DNA of 64,000 nucleotides from Eledone cirrhosa. Taxonomy: Eukaryota. Positions 54,702-64,000 of the stretch are shown here, in pieces. The position numbers were made by a program, and so were the translations under genes. Under the pieces are notes generated by a model. That model was given only the letters and a program-made list of their open reading frames with translations. It was not told where the DNA came from and did not search any database. Location of the stretch: the NCBI GenBank assembly GCA_964016885.1, contig OZ024748.1:37200001-37264000 (forward strand). Reading direction: 5' to 3'. Position 1 is the stretch's first letter, and each line of letters starts with the position of its first letter.

Positions 54702-56099
54702 ATGACAATGTCAGTGTCAGTGTTAACTACCTCTAGATCTAGTATGACAATGTCAGTGTCATGGTTAACTACCTCTAGATCTAGTGTGACAATGTTAGTG
54801 TCAGTGTTAACTACCACTAGATCTAGTATGACAATGTCAGTGTCAGTGTTAACTACCTCTAGATCTAGTATGACAATGTTAGTGTCAGTGTTAACTACCA
54901 CTAGATCTAGTATGACAATGTCAGTGGCAGGGTTAACTACCTCAAGATCTAGTGTGACAATGTCAGTGTCAGTGTTAACTACCTCTAGATCTAGTATGAC
55001 AATGTCAGTGTCAGTGTTAACTACCTCTAGATCTAGTATGACAATGTTAGTGTCAGTGTTAACTACCTCTAGATCTAGTATGACAATGTTAGTGTCAGTG
55101 TTAACTACCTCTAGATCTAGTGTGACAATGTTAGTGTCAGTGTTAACTACCTCAAGATCTAGTGTGACAATGTTAGTGTCATTGTTAACTACCTCTAGTT
55201 ATAGTATGACAATGTTAGTGTCAGTGTTAACTACCTGTAGATCTAGTATGACAATATCAGTGTCAGTGTTAACTACCTCTAGATCTAGTATGACAATTTT
55301 AGTGTCAGTGTTATCTACCTCTAGATCTAGTATGACAATGTCAGTGTCAGTGTTAACTACCTCTAGATCTAGTGAGACGATGTTAGTGTCAGTGTTAACT
55401 ACCTGTAGATCTAGTATGACAATGTCAGTGTCAGGGTTAACTACCTCTAGATCTAGTATGACAATGTTAGTGTTAGTGATAACTACCACTAGATCTAGTG
55501 TGACAATGTTAGTGTCAGTGTTAACTACCACTAGATCTAGTATGACAATGTCAGTGTCAGTGTTAACTACCTCTAGATCTAGTGTGACAATGTTAGTGTC
55601 AGTGTTAACTACCACTAGATCTAGTATGACAATGTCAGTGTCAGTGTTAACTACCTCTAGATCTAGTATGACAATGTTAGTGTCAGTGTTAACTACCTCT
55701 AGATCTAGTGTGACAATGTCAGTGTCAGTGTTAACTACCTCTAGATCTAGTATGACAATGTTAGTGTCAGTGTTAACTATCTCTAGATCTAGTGTGACAA
55801 TGTTAGTGTCAGTGTTAACTACCTCTAGATATAGTATGACAATGTCAGTGTCAGTGTTAACTACCTCTAGATCTAGTATGACAATGTCAGTGTCAGTGTT
55901 AACTACCACAAGATCTAGTGTGACAATGTTAGTGTCAGTGTTAACTACCTCTAGATATAGTATGACAATGTCAGTGTCAGTGTTTACTACCTCTAGATCT
56001 AGTATGACAATGTTAGTGTCAGTGTTAACTACCTCTAGATCTAGTGTGACAATGTTAGTGTCAGTGTTAACTACCTCTAGATATAGTATGACAATGTCA

Positions 56100-59000
56100 G
56101 TGTCAGTGTTAACTACCTCTAGATCTAGTATGACAATGTCAGTGTCAGTGTTAACTACCTCTAGATCTAGTATGACAATGTCAGTGTCAGTGTTAACTAC
56201 CACTAGATCTAGTATGACAATGTCAGTGTCAGTGTTAACTACCACTAGATCTAGTATGACAATGTCAGAGTTAACTACCTCTAGATCTAGTATGACAATG
56301 TCAGTGTCAGTGTTAACTACCTCTATATCTAGTATGACAATGTCAGTGTCAGTGTTAACTACCACTAGATCTAGTATGACAATGTCAGAGTTAACTACCT
56401 CTAGATCTAATATGACAATGTCAGTGTCAGTGTTAACTACCTCTAGATCTAGTGTGACAATGTTAGTGTCAGTGTTAACTACCTCTAGATCTAGTATGAC
56501 AATGTTAGTGTCAGTGTTAACTACCACTAGGTCTAGTATGACAATGTCAGTGTCAGTGTTAACTACCTCTAGATCTAGTATGACAATGTCAGTGTCAGTG
56601 TTAACTACCTCTAGATCTAGTATGACAATGTTAGTGTCAGTGTTAACTACCACTAGATCTAGTATGACAATGTCAGTGTCAGTGTTAACTACCTCTAGAT
56701 CTAGTATGACAATGTTAGTGTCAGTGTTAACTACCTCTAGATCTAGTATGACAATGTTAGTGTCAGTGTTAACTACCTCTAGATCTAGTGTGACAATGTT
56801 AGTGTCAGTGTTAACTACCTCTAGATCTAGTATGACAATGTCAGTGTCAGTGTTAACTACCTCTAGATCTAGTATGACAATGTCAGTGTCAGTGTTAACT
56901 ACCTCTAGATCTAGTAAGACAATGTCAGTGTCAGTGTTAACTACCTCTAGATCTAGTATGACAATGTCAGTGTCAGTGTTAACTACCTCTAGATCTAGTA
57001 AGACAATGTCAGTGTCAGTGTTAACTACCTCTAGATCTAGTGTGACAATGTTAGTGTCAGTGTTAACTACCTCTAGATCTAGTGTGACAATGTTAGTGTC
57101 AGTGTTAACTACCTCTAGATCTAGTATGACAATGTCAGTGTCAGTGTTAACTACCTCTAGATCTAGTATGACAATGTTAGTGTCAGTGTTAACTACCTCT
57201 AGATCTAGTGTGACAATGTCAGTGTCAGTGTTAACTACCTCTAGATCTAGTATGACAATGTTAGTGTCAGTGTTAACTATCTCTAGATCTAGTGTGACAA
57301 TGTTAGTGTCAGTGTTAACTACCTCTAGATATAGTATGACAATGTCAGTGTCAGTGTTAACTACCTCTAGATCTAGTATGACAATGTCAGTGTCAGTGTT
57401 AACTACCACAAGATCTAGTGTGACAATGTTAGTGTCAGTGTTAACTACCTCTAGATATTGTATGACAATGTCAGTGTCAGTGTTTACTACCTCTAGATCT
57501 AGTATGACAATGTTAGTGTCAGTGTTAACTACCTCTAGATCTAGTGTGACAATGTTAGTGTCAGTGTTAACTACCTCTAGATATAGTATGACAATGTCAG
57601 TGTCAGTGTTAACTACCACAAGATCTAGTGTGACAATGTTAGTGTCAGTGTTAACTACCTGTAGATATAGTATGACAATATCAGTGTCAGTGTTTACTAC
57701 CTCTAGATCTAGTATGACAATGTTAGTGTCAGTGTTAACTACCTCTAGATCTAGTATGACAATGTCAGTGTCAGTGTTAACTACCTCTAGATCTAGTATG
57801 ACAATGTTAGTGTCAGTGTTAACTAACACTAGATCTAGTATGACAATGTCAGTGTCAGTGTTAACTACCTCTAGATCTAGTATGACAATGTTATTGTCAG
57901 TGTTAACTACCTCTAGATCTAGTATGACAATGTTAGTGTCAGTGTTAACTACCTCTAGATCTAGTATGACAATGTTAGTGTCAGTGTTAACTACCTCTAG
58001 ATCTAGTATGACAATGTCAGTGTCAGTGTTAACTACCTCTAGATCTAGTATGACAATGTCAGTGTCAGGGTTAACTACCTCTAGATCTAGTATGACAATG
58101 TTAGTGTCAGTGTTAACTACCACTAGATCTAGTGTGACAATGTTAGTGTCAGTGTTAACTACCACTAGATCTAGTATGACAATGTCAGTGTCACTGTTAA
58201 CTACCACTAGATCTAGTGTGACAATGTTAGTGTCAGTGTTAACTACCATTAGATCTAGTGTGACAATGTTAGTGTCAGTGTTAACTACCACTAGATCTAG
58301 TATGACAATGTCAGTGTCAGTGTTAACTACCTCTAGATCTAGTGTGACAATGTTAGTGTCAGTGTTAACTATCTCTAGATCTAGTATGACAATGTCAGTG
58401 TCAGTGTTAACTACCTCTAGATCTAGTATGACAATGTCAGTGTCAGTGTTAACTACCACTAGATCTAGTATGACAATGTCAGTGTCAGTGTTAACTACCA
58501 CTAGATCTAGTATGACAATGTCAGAGTTAACTACCTCTAGATCTAGTATGACAATGTCAGTGTCAGTGTTAACTACCTCTATATCTAGTATGACAATGTC
58601 AGTGTCAGTGTTAACTACCACTAGATCTAGTATGACAATGTCAGAGTTAACTACCTCTAGATCTAATATGACAATGTCAGTGTCAGTGTTAACTACCTCT
58701 AGATCTAGTGTGACAATGTTAGTGTCAGTGTTAACTACCTCTAGATCTAGTATGACAATGTTAGTGTCAGTGTTAACTACCACTAGGTCTAGTATGACAA
58801 TGTCAGTGTCAGTGTTAACTACCTCTAGATCTAGTATGACAATGTCAGTGTCAGTGTTAACTACCTCTAGATCTAGTATGACAATGTTAGTGTCAGTGTT
58901 AACTACCACTAGATCTAGTATGACAATGTCAGTGTCAGTGTTAACTACCTCTAGATCTAGTATGACAATGTTAGTGTCAGTGTTAACTACCTCTAGATCT

Positions 59001-60600
59001 AGTATGACAATGTTAGTGTCAGTGTTAACTACCTCTAGATCTAGTGTGACAATGTTAGTGTCAGTGTTAACTACCTCTAGATCTAGTATGACAATGTCAG
59101 TGTCAGTGTTAACTACCTCTAGATCTAGTATGACAATGTCAGTGTCAGTGTTAACTACCTCTAGATCTAGTAAGACAATGTCAGTGTCAGTGTTAACTAC
59201 CTCTAGATCTAGTATGACAATGTCAGTGTCAGTGTTAACTACCTCTAGATCTAGTAAGACAATGTCAGTGTCAGTGTTAACTACCTCTAGATCTAGTGTG
59301 ACAATGTTAGTGTCAGTGTTAACTACCTCTAGATCTAGTGTGACAATGTTAGTGTCAGTGTTAACTACCTCTAGATCTAGTATGACAATGTCAGTGTCAG
59401 TGTTAACTACCTCTAGATCTAGTATGACAATGTTAGTGTCAGTGTTAACTACCTCTAGATCTAGTGTGACAATGTCAGTGTCAGTGTTAACTACCTCTAG
59501 ATCTAGTATGACAATGTTAGTGTCAGTGTTAACTATCTCTAGATCTAGTGTGACAATGTTAGTGTCAGTGTTAACTACCTCTAGATATAGTATGACAATG
59601 TCAGTGTCAGTGTTAACTACCTCTAGATCTAGTATGACAATGTCAGTGTCAGTGTTAACTACCACAAGATCTAGTGTGACAATGTTAGTGTCAGTGTTAA
59701 CTACCTCTAGATATTGTATGACAATGTCAGTGTCAGTGTTTACTACCTCTAGATCTAGTATGACAATGTTAGTGTCAGTGTTAACTACCTCTAGATCTAG
59801 TGTGACAATGTTAGTGTCAGTGTTAACTACCTCTAGATATAGTATGACAATGTCAGTGTCAGTGTTAACTACCACAAGATCTAGTGTGACAATGTTAGTG
59901 TCAGTGTTAACTACCTGTAGATATAGTATGACAATATCAGTGTCAGTGTTTACTACCTCTAGATCTAGTATGACAATGTTAGTGTCAGTGTTAACTACCT
60001 CTAGATCTAGTATGACAATGTCAGTGTCAGTGTTAACTACCTCTAGATCTAGTATGACAATGTTAGTGTCAGTGTTAACTAACACTAGATCTAGTATGAC
60101 AATGTCAGTGTCAGTGTTAACTACCTCTAGATCTAGTATGACAATGTTATTGTCAGTGTTAACTACCTCTAGATCTAGTATGACAATGTTAGTGTCAGTG
60201 TTAACTACCTCTAGATCTAGTATGACAATGTTAGTGTCAGTGTTAACTACCTCTAGATCTAGTATGACAATGTCAGTGTCAGTGTTAACTACCTCTAGAT
60301 CTAGTATGACAATGTCAGTGTCAGGGTTAACTACCTCTAGATCTAGTATGACAATGTTAGTGTCAGTGTTAACTACCACTAGATCTAGTGTGACAATGTT
60401 AGTGTCAGTGTTAACTACCACTAGATCTAGTATGACAATGTCAGTGTCACTGTTAACTACCACTAGATCTAGTGTGACAATGTTAGTGTCAGTGTTAACT
60501 ACCATTAGATCTAGTGTGACAATGTTAGTGTCAGTGTTAACTACCACTAGATCTAGTATGACAATGTCAGTTTCAGTGTTAACTACCTCTAGATCTAGTA
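56100..60600. repeat. Tandem duplication of a 2,256-bp unit (54 monomers)
   Basis: Markers recur at offset 2,256: GAG monomer 56268/58524 and AGTAAGACA 56916/59172. TATTGT, ACTAACACT, TTATTGTCA, TCACTG and ACCATT also recur in the same order. Boundaries are approximate. Confidence 0.88.
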
Positions 60601-61319
60601 TGACAATGTTAGTGTCAGTGTTAACTACCTCTAGATCTAGTGTGACAATGTCAGTGTCAGTGTTAACTACCTCTAGATCTAGTATGACAATGTTAGTGTC
60701 AGTGTTAACTATCTCTAGATCTAGTGTGACAATGTTAGTGTCAGTGTTAACTACCTCTAGATATAGTATGACAATGTCAGTGTCAGTGTTAACTACCTCT
60801 CGATCTAGTATGACAATGTCAGTGTCAGTGTTAACTACCACAAGATCTAGTGTGACAATGTTAGTGTCAGTGTTAACTACCTCTAGATATAGTATGACAA
60901 TATCAGTGTCAGTGTTTACTACCTCTAGATCTAGTATGACAATGTTAGTGTTAGTGTTAACTACCTCTAGATCTAGTGTGACAATGTTAGTGTCAGTGTT
61001 AACTACCTCTAGATATAGTATGACAATGTCAGTGTCAGTGTTAACTACCTCTAGATCTAGTATGACAATGTCAGTGTCAGTGTTAACTACCTCTAGATCT
61101 AGTATGACAATGTCAGTGTCAGTGTTAACTACCACTAGATCTAGTATGACAATGTCAGTGTCAGTGTTAACTACCACAAGATCTAGTGTGACAATGTCAG
61201 TGTCAGTGTTAACTACCTCTAGATCTAGTATGACAATGTTAGTGTCAGTGTTAACTACCTCTAGATCTAGTATGACAATGTTAGTGTCAGTGTTAACTAA
61301 CACTAGATCTAGTATGACA

Positions 61320-63700
61320 ATGTTAGTGTCAGTGTTAACTACCTCTAGATCTAGTATGACAATGTTAGTGTCAGTGTTAACTACCTCTAGATCTAGTGTG
61401 ACAATGTTAGTGTCAGTGTTAACTACCTCAAGATCTAGTGTGACAATGTTAGTGTCATTGTTAACTACCTCTAGTTATAGTATGACAATGTTAGTGTCAG
61501 TGTTAACTACCTGTAGATCTAGTATGACAATATCAGTGTCAGTGTTAACTACCTCTAGATCTAGTATGACAATTTTAGTGTCAGTGTTATCTACCTCTAG
61601 ATCTAGTATGACAATGTCAGTGTCAGTGTTAACTACCTCTAGATCTAGTGAGACGATGTTAGTGTCAGTGTTAACTACCTGTAGATCTAGTATGACAATG
61701 TCAGTGTCAGGGTTAACTACCTCTAGATCTAGTATGACAATGTTAGTGTTAGTGATAACTACCACTAGATCTAGTGTGACAATGTTAGTGTCAGTGTTAA
61801 CTACCACTAGATCTAGTATGACAATGTCAGTGTCAGTGTTAACTACCTCTAGATCTAGTGTGACAATGTTAGTGTCAGTGTTAACTACCACTAGATCTAG
61901 TATGACAATGTCAGTGTCAGTGTTAACTACCTCTAGATCTAGTATGACAATGTTAGTGTCAGTGTTAACTACCTCTAGATCTAGTGTGACAATGTCAGTG
62001 TCAGTGTTAACTACCTCTAGATCTAGTATGACAATGTTAGTGTCAGTGTTAACTATCTCTAGATCTAGTGTGACAATGTTAGTGTCAGTGTTAACTACCT
62101 CTAGATATAGTATGACAATGTCAGTGTCAGTGTTAACTACCTCTAGATCTAGTATGACAATGTCAGTGTCAGTGTTAACTACCACAAGATCTAGTGTGAC
62201 AATGTTAGTGTCAGTGTTAACTACCTCTAGATATAGTATGACAATGTCAGTGTCAGTGTTTACTACCTCTAGATCTAGTATGACAATGTTAGTGTCAGTG
62301 TTAACTACCTCTAGATCTAGTGTGACAATGTTAGTGTCAGTGTTAACTACCTCTAGATATAGTATGACAATGTCAGTGTCAGTGTTAACTACCTCTAGAT
62401 CTAGTATGACAATGTCAGTGTCAGTGTTAACTACCTCTAGATCTAGTATGACAATGTCAGTGTCAGTGTTAACTACCACTAGATCTAGTATGACAATGTC
62501 AGTGTCAGTGTTAACTACCACTAGATCTAGTATGACAATGTCAGAGTTAACTACCTCAAGATCTAGTATGACAATGTCAGTGTCAGTGTTAACTACCTCT
62601 ATATCTAGTATGACAATGTCAGTGTCAGTGTTAACTACCACTAGATCTAGTATGACAATGTCAGAGTTAACTACCTCTAGATCTAATATGACAATGTCAG
62701 TGTCAGTGTTAACTACCTCTAGATCTAGTGTGACAATGTTAGTGTCAGTGTTAACTACCTCTAGATCTAGTATGACAATGTTAGTGTCAGTGTTAACTAC
62801 CACTAGGTCTAGTATGACAATGTCAGTGTCAGTGTTAACTACCTCTAGATCTAGTATGACAATGTCAGTGTCAGTGTTAACTACCTCTAGATCTAGTATG
62901 ACAATGTTAGTGTCAGTGTTAACTACCACTAGATCTAGTATGACAATGTCAGTGTCAGTGTTAACTACCTCTAGATCTAGTATGACAATGTTAGTGTCAG
63001 TGTTAACTACCTCTAGATCTAGTATGACAATGTTAGTGTCAGTGTTAACTACCTCTAGATCTAGTGTGACAATGTTAGTGTCAGTGTTAACTACCTCTAG
63101 ATCTAGTATGACAATGTCAGTGTCAGTGTTAACTACCTCTAGATCTAGTATGACAATGTCAGTGTCAATGTTAACTACCTCTAGATCTAGTAAGACAATG
63201 TCAGTGTCAGTGTTAACTACCTCTAGATCTAGTATGACAATGTCAGTGTCAGTGTTAACTACCTCTAGATCTAGTAAGACAATGTCAGTGTCAGTGTTAA
63301 CTACCTCTAGATCTAGTGTGACAATGTTAGTGTCAGTGTTAACTACCTCTAGATCTAGTGTGACAATGTTAGTGTCAGTGTTAACTACCTCTAGATCTAG
63401 TATGACAATGTCAGTGTCAGTGTTAACTACCTCTAGATCTAGTATGACAATGTTAGTGTCAGTGTTAACAACCTCTAGATCTAGTGTGACAATGTCAGTG
63501 TCAGTGTTAACTACCTCTAGATCTAGTATGACAATGTTAGTGTCAGTGTTAACTATCTCTAGATCTAGTGTGACAATGTTAGTGTCAGTGTTAACTACCT
63601 CTAGATATAGTATGACAATGTCAGTGTCAGTGTTAACTACCTCTAGATCTAGTATGACAATGTCAGTGTCAGTGTTAACTACCACATGATCTAGTGTGAC
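61320..63700. repeat. Copy of about 55040..57420 at offset 6,276
   Basis: ACAATTTTA and TGTTAGTGATAACT (55471/61747), the paired 36-bp monomers and the paired AGTAAGACA monomers all recur at this offset. Boundaries are approximate. Confidence 0.82.
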
Positions 63701-64000
63701 AATGTTAGTGTCAGTGTTAACTACCTCTAGATATAGTATGACAATGTCAGTGTCAGTGTTTACTACCTCTAGATCTAGTATGACAATGTTAGTGTCAGTG
63801 TTAACTACCTCTAGATCTAGTGTGACAATGTTAGTGTCAGTGTTAACTACCTCTAGATATAGTATGACAATGTCAGTGTCAGTGTTAACTACCTCTAGAT
63901 CTAGTATGACAATGTCAGTGTCAGTGTTAACTACCTCTAGATCTAGTATGACAATGTCAGTGTCAGTGTTAACTACCACTAGATCTAGTATGACAATGTC

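Larger units (their letters stand above)
1..64000. repeat. 42-bp tandem satellite/minisatellite array, about 1,530 head-to-tail monomers, extending past both window edges
   Basis: Consensus ATGACAATGTCAGTGTCAGTGTTAACTACCTCTAGATCTAGT (exact copy 199..240) recurs in one orientation throughout. Common variable sites in monomer coordinates: 1 A/G, 11 C/T, 31 T/A, 33 T/A, 38 C/A. Copy number is estimated from 64000/42, corrected for about 40 short monomers. Confidence 0.99.

Noticed and set aside
31-63689. Plus-strand ORFs encoding Ser/Thr-rich MTMSVSVLTTSRSS repeats (up to 2,995 aa, 54702..63689) as a mucin-like or surface protein
   Set aside because: The frame is open simply because the 42-bp consensus has no stop. 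Seventeen +1 frameshifts and multiple TAG/TAA/TGA stops are present, most amplified with the HORs. Four of the five common variants are non-synonymous, and there is no signal peptide, unique domain or Pro-rich PTS composition.
2995-63690. Singleton variants (e.g. about 3000, 4540, 6814, 7032, 14520, 15032, 18383, 34624, 60572, 60801, 63687) as meaningful signals
   Set aside because: They cannot be distinguished from very recent mutations or base-calling errors without reads.
640-63979. Minus-strand ORFs encoding VVNTDTDIVILDLE repeats as a beta-solenoid or adhesin
   Set aside because: This is the antisense shadow of the same repeat. It is repeatedly terminated by the AGTTATAGT variant (TAA) and the +1 indels. 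Common variants are non-synonymous (D/N, I/T, E/V, D/Y), and no non-repetitive domain is present.
1-64000. CRISPR array or other repeat-spacer system
   Set aside because: There are no unique spacers: monomers abut directly and differ only by point variants. No cas genes or leader are present.
1-64000. Telomeric repeat, rDNA/tRNA array or transposon-derived array
   Set aside because: No G-rich telomere motif, RNA-gene signature, terminal repeat or transposase/RT coding sequence is visible. Location in a subtelomere or spacer cannot be judged without flanks.
1-64000. Synthetic concatemer or rolling-circle/sequencing artefact, suggested by the polylinker-like XbaI/BglII/HpaI sites
   Set aside because: Rare variants are shared in nested, ordered, position-restricted blocks, as expected from descent by duplication rather than random error or identical concatemers. 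The exact copy order still needs read support.

Overview
The whole 64 kb window is one uninterrupted head-to-tail tandem array of a 42-bp monomer (about 1,530 copies, about 38% GC, no CpG in the consensus). Consensus: ATGACAATGTCAGTGTCAGTGTTAACTACCTCTAGATCTAGT, with a perfect copy at 199..240. I see no unique sequence, inversion, gene, RNA gene, transposon or CRISPR array, and both array ends lie outside the window. The long ORFs in the track appear to be artefacts: 42 is a multiple of 3 and two consensus frames lack stops, yet those frames are repeatedly broken by frameshifts and stops that were copied along with the repeats. The structure is hierarchical. The monomer is seven hexamers (4 x TGWYAR + 3 x CTA-NNN) with three short dyads. 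Five common biallelic sites plus dozens of rare variants give each monomer a readable type. These types reveal nested, variable-length higher-order repeats (HORs) and duplications with offsets from 84 bp to 15.9 kb, and a change of variant set from left to right. The best reading is an actively and recently expanding satellite or long minisatellite array, probably eukaryotic (inference). Organism and function cannot be determined from this window, and I cannot support a claim of a new protein-coding system.
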